64,000 nt of DNA from positions 994,909 to 1,058,908 of the forward strand of contig NW_003314267.1 of NCBI RefSeq assembly GCF_000143415.4. Direction: 5' to 3'. This DNA is from Selaginella moellendorffii. Lineage: Eukaryota > Plantae > Lycopodiophyta. Below are positions 35,629-49,515 of this stretch, piece by piece. Below the pieces are notes generated by a model. It saw only the letters and a program-made list of their open reading frames with translations. It searched no databases and had not been told where the DNA came from. Both the position numbers and the translations under genes were made by a program. Position 1 is the stretch's first letter, and each line of letters begins with the position of its first letter.

Positions 35629-36672
35629 CTATGCGTGCATTTGCCGGAAGGGGCAGCGCAAGCCTCCATCGTAGTATGGTCCAAGCTTGCCTGATTTCAG
35701 CGCTCCCAGCTCCGCCAGCTTGTATCCCTTCTCGAATGCTGGTGGGCGATACACATTCACGTTGAGCTGCCGGTACTCTTCCGGATTGGCAGCGGGATTG
35801 GGACACCAGTCCACCTCAATGCTGCCCTTTGCATCCTCCACACGTCTGGGAGGCAAGAACGCGGACACGAAGCTCCCGGCCAGCAGCTTGAACGCACCCA
35901 AGATGATCCACTCCACAATTGCTGGAGGCCTTTCCAATCCAACAGCGCTCCTGATTGTGGGATCGATGAGTGCACAGATCCCAGTCTCGACCAGCGGCTG
36001 CACGGGGTGAGGAAATGCATCCAGCACCAGATGCTTGAGATCCTGGACGATGCTCTTGTTCTTGTCCGTGAAGATGGCGTTCTTGGCCTCGTAATCGCGA
36101 ATGTACTCCCGCATCTCTGGAATGCTATCTGGGATGGTTGTGATGCCCATCCTCACGCCCACGTCGTGCCACACAACATACGCGGCCTCCTTCTCGCTGT
36201 CGGTCCACTTGCGGAATCCAAATCTCTCGGAGAAATCAATGGGGCTGACCACGTTGAGGCAGAGGACGTAGGCGAATTGGTCGTTTGGGATCTTGAATTT
36301 GTTGTGGATTCCATTCAATCTCCTCACCGCGTACGAGCCGCGATCGCTGTCGACGTGGTGGTGGATCATCTCGCTCACCAGAATGTTGGTCTCGGCGGCG
36401 CGCTTCTGCGGATCCTTGAGGCCGTACTTGGTCTTGAAGAGCAGATTTGTGATCCCCGGGATGCCCAGCGTGCGGATTGTGCCAAACTCGAGCGCCTTTT
36501 GCGAGAGGAAGGGGAATTCCACCGAGTACATGTACCACAGGATCTTGTGTGCGTCTCTCACGGGGTGGAGCGACGCTAGAAATCGTGCCCTCTCTTCTCT
36601 CTTGCGGATACACACCATCTTCCATGCTGCAGCCATCACGAGAAACGCAATCATCAACACGATTGCAGCCAT
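35629..36672 (-). CDS. MpaB/DUF2236-family oxygenase, array copy 2
   Basis: Intact ORF. Confidence 0.85.
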   Translation of the reverse strand: MAAIVLMIAFLVMAAAWKMVCIRKREERARFLASLHPVRDAHKILWYMYSVEFPFLSQKALEFGTIRTLGIPGITNLLFKTKYGLKDPQKRAAETNILVSEMIHHHVDSDRGSYAVRRLNGIHNKFKIPNDQFAYVLCLNVVSPIDFSERFGFRKWTDSEKEAAYVVWHDVGVRMGITTIPDSIPEMREYIRDYEAKNAIFTDKNKSIVQDLKHLVLDAFPHPVQPLVETGICALIDPTIRSAVGLERPPAIVEWIILGAFKLLAGSFVSAFLPPRRVEDAKGSIEVDWCPNPAANPEEYRQLNVNVYRPPAFEKGYKLAELGALKSGKLGPYYDGGLRCPFRQMHA

Positions 36673-39566
36673 GTTGAAATTGATCGATCTGATCAACTTG
36701 ATTGGAGAATGGCTGCTTTTGTTTTCTACTCCTCTGTGGGTTGAGGAAACAGAGGCTGGAGAAGGGTCTTTTATACTATCCGAGCTATCAGCCACGTTTT
36801 TTTATTTCCGTGTGATCCGTATTTTGCACCATACGCGTAGCCATATACTTGGGAGAGAATTCCTTTTTGTTCTATTCGGTGCACGTTTTCCATACAATTA
36901 TCTGGTCCATGCAATATATCGGTCCTACCAACTTCGTTTAAGATAGTTTCACCATCCACAAAGTAATGCGGATAATCTTAATTACAAGGTTTCCACGAGA
37001 TATAATCCCACGGGCTTTTCTTCCTTGCCTTCGCCCCTCCTCCTCCTCCTCTTCCTTCATCACGGGTTTGTATGCCTCCCCCATGTCTTCCGGACACGAC
37101 TTGATCCACTGGCTGCAAATCGGGCACTTCATCTGGATGGTCGATATTTGCACCGCGCACTCCTCACACATGAGATGGTTGCACGGCAGCAGCGCTTTTG
37201 TTCTCGTCCCCTCCCCGCATACACTGCAGTCAGGATCATATTTATCCTGTAGCTGGCATTCGGCTTAGGCACCGTACAGCGTACGATGGGCTGCCACCCT
37301 TCCGCCATAGCCGTGATCTTGGCCCCGAGCACGTACTTGATGGCAGCGAAGCCGTAATCTCCAACTGCCCGAATCTCCAAGGATTGTCGTGAGGATGAGA
37401 TCCACGAAGGAGCCCTAGTCGAAGAACCAGCTCAATCCCAGGCCAAAGACCGTAAGCTTGTGATATTGGGGTGATCTTGGTGAGATCTGGGAAGAGTGAT
37501 TGTTGATGTGTTCTTGTTGTTGCTGCCTGCTAAAGGAAGTTGTGGTTTTACTACCTTGTTGTTGCTGCCTACCTACGTGGTTTTACTACTTTCAATCTTG
37601 ATTTTTTTGTTGTTTCCATAGCAAAAAATTGTAAGAAATAGTTAACACAACTCAAGCTACTTCTCTCTACACTTGTTATGCAGGCAACAATGACTAGTGG
37701 CTGGCTCACTGGTTTGATCGAGCATGATAGTAAGGACTTCATACTGCCACTGCTTCTTTCCCCGCTGCTGGGCGGCCTTTTAAGCGAGTTGCTCGTATTT
37801 AACCCAGGGCACAAAATGTGGAGCATAGTCATTATGTCACCAAACTTTCAAGTAATCCCCATCATTCTGTGAAGTTTTACTCATCGAGATTTGGTTCTAA
37901 GAGATAACTTGCTCAAGCTGGGCATCCTCCTCCCTCCTCCCTACAGCTGCCGCATAGATATTGGCCCTCCCCTCAAGAGTGGCAAACACTCGCCGGGCTT
38001 CCACCATGCTGCCGCATTGGCCGTAGACAAAACCAGTATAAAAGGCACATTCTCTACGATAAAAATCTCCACACTGTCTGCGTCCTAGTTCCTGACCAAG
38101 CTCCGGCCGATTTTCAGCAGCCTCTTTAAGCCCGAGTCATTGCTCTTGATCTTGTGCGGGACGTAGATCACTTCCACATCCGGAGGGATTGGTCTCGCTG
38201 CTATCATGCCTTGCACTCGCGGCTGGAAGCTCGCGGCCTTGATCTCTTGCTGCGAGCTTCCATCCTTTGTCGCCATCTTAGTTCTTTTTCTTTCTTTCTT
38301 CTCTCTTCGCGATTGTTTCCTCTTATCTTGCTTCGAGCTTTTGTTAAGTTTTCAGTCTTCTTCATCACTTGATTCTTCTCGAGCTTTTGGTTTTGTTGGT
38401 TTTGGGTTTGGGTTCTCTAAAATGCAAGAAGATAAGCAACAGGAAGGACTGATATCTTTCGATTCATACAGGCTCTGTTATCCGAGGTTATCTGCGTGCA
38501 AGGAACGGAGCAAGGAACAGTAGCCACGTCTGCGAGTTAGATGGCTTTTGAGTGGTGGAACGCCTGCAACCGCCCAGAGAACTCTGTCCGTCATCAGGAA
38601 GGCGCGACCAAACTTCTTGCTTGGGCTTCCTGGACTCGCCGTTCGTTCGTGCTTCTTCTTTTTCTGATCTTGCTTGTCCAATGACTCCCCTGGCATTCCA
38701 TTGTAGCAAACCTCTCCGCTTGCGCCTCGTTCTCACTGCCGGTGCCATGCTCTTCAGGTGAAAAAAAGTACTTTTTCTCCTTTTTTGAGGCTTATAGTCG
38801 CTTTGTGTTTGATCCGGGCGCAGCGTTGAGCGGCACTAATGAAATCACTGAAAGAGGCCAGAGCTTCTCGCATTTGTTATTTGCCACATCAGCAAATATA
38901 ACTCCACGTCAGCACTAAATCAGGACCCAACATGTTCAACATGACTCAAAAGAGGAAGCGATTGATGCTTGGTTTTCATCGCATAGTTTCTTTCTTTTTT
39001 TTTTCTAGCTGAAGAGGAACAATACGTTCAGAGTAAATGCTCGTGAGTATATTGGGCTTTTCATGCTTCACTGCAAAAGAGGGCCCTTCACACTTCACTG
39101 ATTCCTGACGATCCTCCTCCACAGCTCTTACTCTTCCAGAGGAAAGTTCTTGATCAAAGTTGTGTTTCTTATTTATTTCTTTAAAATCCAAGAAAATGCT
39201 TCTTTAATATGGTGCTACCGACCATGGTGGAGATGAACTGCACAAAGGTGGGCCGGCACCAGGCATAGGAATAGTTTGATATACGCATTGCCTTTTGTTT
39301 TGCAACTCCCTACACACTGGATTTCGTCATCCTCGGAAACATCAGTTTGACAAAGTCAGTGTTTTTCTGCAACTATATAAACGATCATAGCTTTGAGATC
39401 CTACCAAGCATCTCATCCCAAGCCACCAAACATTTCAGGGCAACATTTCATCTCTCAGGAGCAACAAGGAGCTTCTCAAGAAAGAACAACATCGATCTGC
39501 TAAATCTCCTGGTTTCTATCACCAAGAAAGCAAAGCGAAGAGAGTTTTCAAAACAAGATCATCTCC

Positions 39567-40227
39567 ATGTCTAGTTCCCGTGCAATTCTCCTCGCGATCC
39601 TCGTCACCATCTCTGCTGCATTCTCACTTGCCGACCCGGACGCACTCCAAGACTTTTGCGTGCGCGACACCAGCGCCACTGCCCCCATCATCAACGGCTT
39701 CACCTGCAAGCCCGCTGCCGCCACCGCCGCTGCCGACTTCAAAGTTCTCGGGCCTTCAGAAATCCGGGAACACCAACAACAAGCTTGGCTCCGCCGTCAC
39801 CGCCGCAAACGTGACCTCCTTCCCGGGGCTCAACACCCTCGGAGTCTCCTTCGCAAGGGCCGACTACGCTCCATTCGGTGTCAATGCACCGCACGTCCAT
39901 CCCCGGGGCACTGAGATCCTCTACGTTCAGCAGGGGACTCTCTACGCGGGATTCGTGAGCACCACCAACAACACGCTCTTCGCGCAGACCTTGCATCCGG
40001 GTGATCTCTTCGTGTTCCCTCGGGGCCTTGTGCACTTCCCGCTCAATGTCGGCGAGACCCCCGCCGTGGCTCTCGCGGGATTCAACTCCCAGAACGCAGG
40101 TGTCACCGCAGTTGCCAAGGCCGTGTTTGCGTCCAATCCCGCCATCACCGATGCTGTGCTTGAGAAGGCGTTTCAGATCAATCCGGAGCTCGTCGACCGC
40201 CTCCGGGAGGTCATCATGGCCACTTGA
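39567..40227 (+). pseudogene. Germin-like protein, same +1 frameshift
   Basis: Same lesion as the 34781 copy. Confidence 0.9.
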
Positions 40228-40414
40228 AAGAAAGAAGTGTGTTTCTCTTTGTGTATGATATTCTTTTTCCCCATTTGGATAAAACTAAATTTTGTTTCGA
40301 ATATCTGGTTTTGTTAGCCACCTTTCCGCTAAAATTACAAAAAGATTCATGTAAACTACGCATTTTTAAATGATGCTCTGTTCTCCGACCGAATGTCCTA
40401 TGCCCGTCCTATTC

Positions 40415-41458
40415 CTATGCGTGCATTTGCCGGAAGGGGCAGCGCAAGCCTCCATCGTAGTATGGTCCAAGCTTGCCTGATTTCAGCGCTCCCAGCTCCG
40501 CCAGCTTGTATCCCTTCTCGAATGCTGGTGGGCGATACACATTCACGTTGAGCTGCCGGTACTCTTCCGGATTGGCAGCGGGATTGGGACACCAGTCCAC
40601 CTCAATGCTGCCCTTTGCATCCTCCACACGTCTGGGAGGCAAGAACGCGGACACGAAGCTCCCGGCCAGCAGCTTGAACGCACCCAAGATGATCCACTCC
40701 ACAATTGCTGGAGGCCTTTCCAATCCAACAGCGCTCCTGATTGTGGGATCGATGAGTGCACAGATCCCAGTCTCGACCAGCGGCTGCACGGGGTGAGGAA
40801 ATGCATCCAGCACCAGATGCTTGAGATCCTGGACGATGCTCTTGTTCTTGTCCGTGAAGATGGCGTTCTTGGCCTCGTAATCGCGAATGTACTCCCGCAT
40901 CTCTGGAATGCTATCTGGGATGGTTGTGATGCCCATCCTCACGCCCACGTCGTGCCACACAACATACGCGGCCTCCTTCTCGCTGTCGGTCCACTTGCGG
41001 AATCCAAATCTCTCGGAGAAATCAATGGGGCTGACCACGTTGAGGCAGAGGACGTAGGCGAATTGGTCGTTTGGGATCTTGAATTTGTTGTGGATTCCAT
41101 TCAATCTCCTCACCGCGTACGAGCCGCGATCGCTGTCGACGTGGTGGTGGATCATCTCGCTCACCAGAATGTTGGTCTCGGCGGCGCGCTTCTGCGGATC
41201 CTTGAGGCCGTACTTGGTCTTGAAGAGCAGATTTGTGATCCCCGGGATGCCCAGCGTGCGGATTGTGCCAAACTCGAGCGCCTTTTGCGAGAGGAAGGGG
41301 AATTCCACCGAGTACATGTACCACAGGATCTTGTGTGCGTCTCTCACGGGGTGGAGCGACGCTAGAAATCGTGCCCTCTCTTCTCTCTTGCGGATACACA
41401 CCATCTTCCATGCTGCAGCCATCACGAGAAACGCAATCATCAACACGATTGCAGCCAT
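40415..41458 (-). CDS. MpaB/DUF2236-family oxygenase, array copy 3
   Basis: Intact ORF. Confidence 0.85.
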   Translation of the reverse strand: MAAIVLMIAFLVMAAAWKMVCIRKREERARFLASLHPVRDAHKILWYMYSVEFPFLSQKALEFGTIRTLGIPGITNLLFKTKYGLKDPQKRAAETNILVSEMIHHHVDSDRGSYAVRRLNGIHNKFKIPNDQFAYVLCLNVVSPIDFSERFGFRKWTDSEKEAAYVVWHDVGVRMGITTIPDSIPEMREYIRDYEAKNAIFTDKNKSIVQDLKHLVLDAFPHPVQPLVETGICALIDPTIRSAVGLERPPAIVEWIILGAFKLLAGSFVSAFLPPRRVEDAKGSIEVDWCPNPAANPEEYRQLNVNVYRPPAFEKGYKLAELGALKSGKLGPYYDGGLRCPFRQMHA

Positions 41459-44352
41459 GTTGAAATTGATCGATCTGATCAACTTGATTGGAGAATGGCT
41501 GCTTTTGTTTTCTACTCCTCTGTGGGTTGAGGAAACAGAGGCTGGAGAAGGGTCTTTTATACTATCCGAGCTATCAGCCACGTTTTTTTATTTCCGTGTG
41601 ATCCGTATTTTGCACCATACGCGTAGCCATATACTTGGGAGAGAATTCCTTTTTGTTCTATTCGGTGCACGTTTTCCATACAATTATCTGGTCCATGCAA
41701 TATATCGGTCCTACCAACTTCGTTTAAGATAGTTTCACCATCCACAAAGTAATGCGGATAATCTTAATTACAAGGTTTCCACGAGATATAATCCCACGGG
41801 CTTTTCTTCCTTGCCTTCGCCCCTCCTCCTCCTCCTCTTCCTTCATCACGGGTTTGTATGCCTCCCCCATGTCTTCCGGACACGACTTGATCCACTGGCT
41901 GCAAATCGGGCACTTCATCTGGATGGTCGATATTTGCACCGCGCACTCCTCACACATGAGATGGTTGCACGGCAGCAGCGCTTTTGTTCTCGTCCCCTCC
42001 CCGCATACACTGCAGTCAGGATCATATTTATCCTGTAGCTGGCATTCGGCTTAGGCACCGTACAGCGTACGATGGGCTGCCACCCTTCCGCCATAGCCGT
42101 GATCTTGGCCCCGAGCACGTACTTGATGGCAGCGAAGCCGTAATCTCCAACTGCCCGAATCTCCAAGGATTGTCGTGAGGATGAGATCCACGAAGGAGCC
42201 CTAGTCGAAGAACCAGCTCAATCCCAGGCCAAAGACCGTAAGCTTGTGATATTGGGGTGATCTTGGTGAGATCTGGGAAGAGTGATTGTTGATGTGTTCT
42301 TGTTGTTGCTGCCTGCTAAAGGAAGTTGTGGTTTTACTACCTTGTTGTTGCTGCCTACCTACGTGGTTTTACTACTTTCAATCTTGATTTTTTTGTTGTT
42401 TCCATAGCAAAAAATTGTAAGAAATAGTTAACACAACTCAAGCTACTTCTCTCTACACTTGTTATGCAGGCAACAATGACTAGTGGCTGGCTCACTGGTT
42501 TGATCGAGCATGATAGTAAGGACTTCATACTGCCACTGCTTCTTTCCCCGCTGCTGGGCGGCCTTTTAAGCGAGTTGCTCGTATTTAACCCAGGGCACAA
42601 AATGTGGAGCATAGTCATTATGTCACCAAACTTTCAAGTAATCCCCATCATTCTGTGAAGTTTTACTCATCGAGATTTGGTTCTAAGAGATAACTTGCTC
42701 AAGCTGGGCATCCTCCTCCCTCCTCCCTACAGCTGCCGCATAGATATTGGCCCTCCCCTCAAGAGTGGCAAACACTCGCCGGGCTTCCACCATGCTGCCG
42801 CATTGGCCGTAGACAAAACCAGTATAAAAGGCACATTCTCTACGATAAAAATCTCCACACTGTCTGCGTCCTAGTTCCTGACCAAGCTCCGGCCGATTTT
42901 CAGCAGCCTCTTTAAGCCCGAGTCATTGCTCTTGATCTTGTGCGGGACGTAGATCACTTCCACATCCGGAGGGATTGGTCTCGCTGCTATCATGCCTTGC
43001 ACTCGCGGCTGGAAGCTCGCGGCCTTGATCTCTTGCTGCGAGCTTCCATCCTTTGTCGCCATCTTAGTTCTTTTTCTTTCTTTCTTCTCTCTTCGCGATT
43101 GTTTCCTCTTATCTTGCTTCGAGCTTTTGTTAAGTTTTCAGTCTTCTTCATCACTTGATTCTTCTCGAGCTTTTGGTTTTGTTGGTTTTGGGTTTGGGTT
43201 CTCTAAAATGCAAGAAGATAAGCAACAGGAAGGACTGATATCTTTCGATTCATACAGGCTCTGTTATCCGAGGTTATCTGCGTGCAAGGAACGGAGCAAG
43301 GAACAGTAGCCACGTCTGCGAGTTAGATGGCTTTTGAGTGGTGGAACGCCTGCAACCGCCCAGAGAACTCTGTCCGTCATCAGGAAGGCGCGACCAAACT
43401 TCTTGCTTGGGCTTCCTGGACTCGCCGTTCGTTCGTGCTTCTTCTTTTTCTGATCTTGCTTGTCCAATGACTCCCCTGGCATTCCATTGTAGCAAACCTC
43501 TCCGCTTGCGCCTCGTTCTCACTGCCGGTGCCATGCTCTTCAGGTGAAAAAAAGTACTTTTTCTCCTTTTTTGAGGCTTATAGTCGCTTTGTGTTTGATC
43601 CGGGCGCAGCGTTGAGCGGCACTAATGAAATCACTGAAAGAGGCCAGAGCTTCTCGCATTTGTTATTTGCCACATCAGCAAATATAACTCCACGTCAGCA
43701 CTAAATCAGGACCCAACATGTTCAACATGACTCAAAAGAGGAAGCGATTGATGCTTGGTTTTCATCGCATAGTTTCTTTCTTTTTTTTTTCTAGCTGAAG
43801 AGGAACAATACGTTCAGAGTAAATGCTCGTGAGTATATTGGGCTTTTCATGCTTCACTGCAAAAGAGGGCCCTTCACACTTCACTGATTCCTGACGATCC
43901 TCCTCCACAGCTCTTACTCTTCCAGAGGAAAGTTCTTGATCAAAGTTGTGTTTCTTATTTATTTCTTTAAAATCCAAGAAAATGCTTCTTTAATATGGTG
44001 CTACCGACCATGGTGGAGATGAACTGCACAAAGGTGGGCCGGCACCAGGCATAGGAATAGTTTGATATACGCATTGCCTTTTGTTTTGCAACTCCCTACA
44101 CACTGGATTTCGTCATCCTCGGAAACATCAGTTTGACAAAGTCAGTGTTTTTCTGCAACTATATAAACGATCATAGCTTTGAGATCCTACCAAGCATCTC
44201 ATCCCAAGCCACCAAACATTTCAGGGCAACATTTCATCTCTCAGGAGCAACAAGGAGCTTCTCAAGAAAGAACAACATCGATCTGCTAAATCTCCTGGTT
44301 TCTATCACCAAGAAAGCAAAGCGAAGAGAGTTTTCAAAACAAGATCATCTCC

Positions 44353-45013
44353 ATGTCTAGTTCCCGTGCAATTCTCCTCGCGATCCTCGTCACCATCTCT
44401 GCTGCATTCTCACTTGCCGACCCGGACGCACTCCAAGACTTTTGCGTGCGCGACACCAGCGCCACTGCCCCCATCATCAACGGCTTCACCTGCAAGCCCG
44501 CTGCCGCCACCGCCGCTGCCGACTTCAAAGTTCTCGGGCCTTCAGAAATCCGGGAACACCAACAACAAGCTTGGCTCCGCCGTCACCGCCGCAAACGTGA
44601 CCTCCTTCCCGGGGCTCAACACCCTCGGAGTCTCCTTCGCAAGGGCCGACTACGCTCCATTCGGTGTCAATGCACCGCACGTCCATCCCCGGGGCACTGA
44701 GATCCTCTACGTTCAGCAGGGGACTCTCTACGCGGGATTCGTGAGCACCACCAACAACACGCTCTTCGCGCAGACCTTGCATCCGGGTGATCTCTTCGTG
44801 TTCCCTCGGGGCCTTGTGCACTTCCCGCTCAATGTCGGCGAGACCCCCGCCGTGGCTCTCGCGGGATTCAACTCCCAGAACGCAGGTGTCACCGCAGTTG
44901 CCAAGGCCGTGTTTGCGTCCAATCCCGCCATCACCGATGCTGTGCTTGAGAAGGCGTTTCAGATCAATCCGGAGCTCGTCGACCGCCTCCGGGAGGTCAT
45001 CATGGCCACTTGA
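44353..45013 (+). pseudogene. Germin-like protein, same +1 frameshift
   Basis: Same lesion. Confidence 0.9.
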
Positions 45014-45200
45014 AAGAAAGAAGTGTGTTTCTCTTTGTGTATGATATTCTTTTTCCCCATTTGGATAAAACTAAATTTTGTTTCGAATATCTGGTTTTGT
45101 TAGCCACCTTTCCGCTAAAATTACAAAAAGATTCATGTAAACTACGCATTTTTAAATGATGCTCTGTTCTCCGACCGAATGTCCTATGCCCGTCCTATTC

Positions 45201-46244
45201 CTATGCGTGCATTTGCCGGAAGGGGCAGCGCAAGCCTCCATCGTAGTATGGTCCAAGCTTGCCTGATTTCAGCGCTCCCAGCTCCGCCAGCTTGTATCCC
45301 TTCTCGAATGCTGGTGGGCGATACACATTCACGTTGAGCTGCCGGTACTCTTCCGGATTGGCAGCGGGATTGGGACACCAGTCCACCTCAATGCTGCCCT
45401 TTGCATCCTCCACACGTCTGGGAGGCAAGAACGCGGACACGAAGCTCCCGGCCAGCAGCTTGAACGCACCCAAGATGATCCACTCCACAATTGCTGGAGG
45501 CCTTTCCAATCCAACAGCGCTCCTGATTGTGGGATCGATGAGTGCACAGATCCCAGTCTCGACCAGCGGCTGCACGGGGTGAGGAAATGCATCCAGCACC
45601 AGATGCTTGAGATCCTGGACGATGCTCTTGTTCTTGTCCGTGAAGATGGCGTTCTTGGCCTCGTAATCGCGAATGTACTCCCGCATCTCTGGAATGCTAT
45701 CTGGGATGGTTGTGATGCCCATCCTCACGCCCACGTCGTGCCACACAACATACGCGGCCTCCTTCTCGCTGTCGGTCCACTTGCGGAATCCAAATCTCTC
45801 GGAGAAATCAATGGGGCTGACCACGTTGAGGCAGAGGACGTAGGCGAATTGGTCGTTTGGGATCTTGAATTTGTTGTGGATTCCATTCAATCTCCTCACC
45901 GCGTACGAGCCGCGATCGCTGTCGACGTGGTGGTGAATCATCTCGCTCACCAGAATGTTGGTCTCGGCGGCGCGCTTCTGCGGATCCTTGAGGCCGTACT
46001 TGGTCTTGAAGAGCAGATTTGTGATCCCCGGGATGCCCAGCGTGCGGATTGTGCCAAACTCGAGCGCCTTTTGCGAGAGGAAGGGGAATTCCACCGAGTA
46101 CATGTACCACAGGATCTTGTGTGCGTCTCTCACGGGGTGGAGCGACGCTAGAAATCGTGCCCTCTCTTCTCTCTTGCGGATACACACCATCTTCCATGCT
46201 GCAGCCATCACGAGAAACGCAATCATCAACACGATTGCAGCCAT
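45201..46244 (-). CDS. MpaB/DUF2236-family oxygenase, array copy 4
   Basis: Intact ORF. Confidence 0.85.
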   Translation of the reverse strand: MAAIVLMIAFLVMAAAWKMVCIRKREERARFLASLHPVRDAHKILWYMYSVEFPFLSQKALEFGTIRTLGIPGITNLLFKTKYGLKDPQKRAAETNILVSEMIHHHVDSDRGSYAVRRLNGIHNKFKIPNDQFAYVLCLNVVSPIDFSERFGFRKWTDSEKEAAYVVWHDVGVRMGITTIPDSIPEMREYIRDYEAKNAIFTDKNKSIVQDLKHLVLDAFPHPVQPLVETGICALIDPTIRSAVGLERPPAIVEWIILGAFKLLAGSFVSAFLPPRRVEDAKGSIEVDWCPNPAANPEEYRQLNVNVYRPPAFEKGYKLAELGALKSGKLGPYYDGGLRCPFRQMHA

Positions 46245-47469
46245 GTTGAAATTGATCGATCTGATCAACTTGATTGGAGAATGGCTGCTTTTGTTTTCTA
46301 CTCCTCTGTGGGTTGAGGAAACAGAGGCTGGAGAAGGGTCTTTTATACTATCCGAGCTATCAGCCACGTTTTTTTATTTCCGTGTGATCCGTATTTTGCA
46401 CCATACGCGTAGCCATATACTTGGGAGAGAATTCCTTTTTGTTCTATTCGGTGCACGTTTTCCATACAATTATCTGGTCCATGCAATATATCGGTCCTAC
46501 CAACTTCGTTTAAGATAGTTTCACCATCCACAAAGTAATGCGGATAATCTTAATTACAAGGTTTCCACGAGATATAATCCCACGGGCTTTTCTTCCTTGC
46601 CTTCGCCCCTCCTCCTCCTCCTCTTCCTTCATCACGGGTTTGTATGCCTCCCCCATGTCTTCCGGACACGACTTGATCCACTGGCTGCAAATCGGGCACT
46701 TCATCTGGATGGTCGATATTTGCACCGCGCACTCCTCACACATGAGATGGTTGCACGGCAGCAGCGCTTTTGTTCTCGTCCCCTCCCCGCATACACTGCA
46801 CTCAGGATCATATTTATCCTGTAGCTGGCATTCGGCTTAGGCACCGTACAGCGTACGATGGGCTGCCACCCTTCCGCCATAGCCGTGATCTTGGCCCCGA
46901 GCACGTACTTGATGGCAGCGAAGCCGTAATCTCCAACTGCCCGAATCTCCAAGGATTGTCGTGAGGATGAGATCCACGAAGGAGCCCTAGTCGAAGAACC
47001 AGCTCAATCCCAGGCCAAAGACCGTAAGCTTGTGATATTGGGGTGATCTTGGTGAGATCTGGGAAGAGTGATTGTTGATGTGTTCTTGTTGTTGCTGCCT
47101 GCTAAAGGAAGTTGTGGTTTTACTACCTTGTTGTTGCTGCCTACCTACGTGGTTTTACTACTTTCAATCTTGATTTTTTTGTTGTTTCCATAGCAAAAAA
47201 TTGTAAGAAATAGTTAACACAACTCAAGCTACTTCTCTCTACACTTGTTATGCAGGCAACAATGACTAGTGGCTGGCTCACTGGTTTGATCGAGCATGAT
47301 AGTAAGGACTTCATACTGCCACTGCTTCTTTCCCCGCTGCTGGGCGGCCTTTTAAGCGAGTTGCTCGTATTTAACCCAGGGCACAAAATGTGGAGCATAG
47401 TCATTATGTCACCAAACTTTCAAGTAATCCCCATCATTCTGTGAAGTTTTACTCATCGAGATTTGGTTC

Positions 47470-47970
47470 TTGCTCAAGCTGGGTCCTCCCTACAGCTGCC
47501 GCATAGATATTGGCCATGAGAACGTAAGCTCAAACACCACCCTTCCAAACTCCATATTCTTCCAATTCGCACACGCGCCAGCACCACCATCCAAATCCTC
47601 ACGTTTGCTTCCACCGGCATGCTCCTCAAAACACCTACAGCCTCCTCGATTTGGTTTTCTCCTCCCAGCAAATCCACCAGGCAAGTGCAAGTGCAGTGCT
47701 CGATCCCAAGAGCTAAATCGCATGTTTTCTTCAGCATCTCGAAGAGCTCCCTGCCTGGATCGACCAGTCCGGCAACCGTGAGAACCAAGAGGAATGTTGG
47801 AGCATCCAGCTTGCACCACTCCTCTTGCATCCTCCCGAACAATTCAAACACCTTGGCGGTGTTTCGTGGATGGCGGTACCCTGCTATCAGTGCGTTCCAA
47901 GTTACCGACTCTCGCCTCCCCTCAAGAGTGGCAAACACTCGCCGGGCTTCCACCATGCTGCCGCATTGGC
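47470..47970 (-). pseudogene. PPR 3' fragment (long unit type)
   Basis: Same as 32735-33235. Confidence 0.85.
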
Positions 47971-49515
47971 CGTAGACAAAACCAGTATAAAAGGCACATT
48001 CTCTACGATAAAAATCTCCACACTGTCTGCGTCCTAGTTCCTGACCAAGCTCCGGCCGATTTTCAGCAGCCTCTTTAAGCCCGAGTCATTGCTCTTGATC
48101 TTGTGCGGGACGTAGATCACTTCCACATCCGGAGGGATTGGTCTCGCTGCTATCATGCCTTGCACTCGCGGCTGGAAGCTCGCGGCCTTGATCTCTTGCT
48201 GCGAGCTTCCATCCTTTGTCGCCATCTTAGTTCTTTTTCTTTCTTTCTTCTCTCTTCGCGATTGTTTCCTCTTATCTTGCTTCGAGCTTTTGTTAAGTTT
48301 TCAGTCTTCTTCATCACTTGATTCTTCTCGAGCTTTTGGTTTTGTTGGTTTTGGGTTTGGGTTCTCTAAAATGCAAGAAGATAAGCAACAGGAAGGACTG
48401 ATATCTTTCGATTCATACAGGCTCTGTTATCCGAGGTTATCTGCGTGCAAGGAACGGAGCAAGGAACAGTAGCCACGTCTGCGAGTTAGATGGCTTTTGA
48501 GTGGTGGAACGCCTGCAACCGCCCAGAGAACTCTGTCCGTCATCAGGAAGGCGCGACCAAACTTCTTGCTTGGGCTTCCTGGACTCGCCGTTCGTTCGTG
48601 CTTCTTCTTTTTCTGATCTTGCTTGTCCAATGACTCCCCTGGCATTCCATTGTAGCAAACCTCTCCGCTTGCGCCTCGTTCTCACTGCCGGTGCCATGCT
48701 CTTCAGGTGAAAAAAAGTACTTTTTCTCCTTTTTTGAGGCTTATAGTCGCTTTGTGTTTGATCCGGGCGCAGCGTTGAGCGGCACTAATGAAATCACTGA
48801 AAGAGGCCAGAGCTTCTCGCATTTGTTATTTGCCACATCAGCAAATATAACTCCACGTCAGCACTAAATCAGGACCCAACATGTTCAACATGACTCAAAA
48901 GAGGAAGCGATTGATGCTTGGTTTTCATCGCATAGTTTCTTTCTTTTTTTTTTCTAGCTGAAGAGGAACAATACGTTCAGAGTAAATGCTCGTGAGTATA
49001 TTGGGTTTTTCATGCTTCACTGCAAAAGAGGGCCCTTCACACTTCACTGATTCCTGACGATCCTCCTCCACAGCTCTTACTCTTCCAGAGGAAAGTTCTT
49101 GATCAAAGTTGTGTTTCTTATTTATTTCTTTAAAATCCAAGAAAATGCTTCTTTAATATGGTGCTACCGACCATGGTGGAGATGAACTGCACAAAGGTGG
49201 GCCGGCACCAGGCATAGGAATAGTTTGATATACGCATTGCCTTTTGTTTTGCAACTCCCTACACACTGGATTTCGTCATCCTCGGAAACATCAGTTTGAC
49301 AAAGTCAGTGTTTTTCTGCAACTATATAAACGATCATAGCTTTGAGATCCTACCAAGCATCTCATCCCAAGCCACCAAACATTTCAGGGCAACATTTCAT
49401 CTCTCAGGAGCAACAAGGAGCTTCTCAAGAAAGAACAACATCGATCTGCTAAATCTCCTGGTTTCTATCACCAAGAAAGCAAAGCGAAGAGAGTTTTCAA
49501 AACAAGATCATCTCC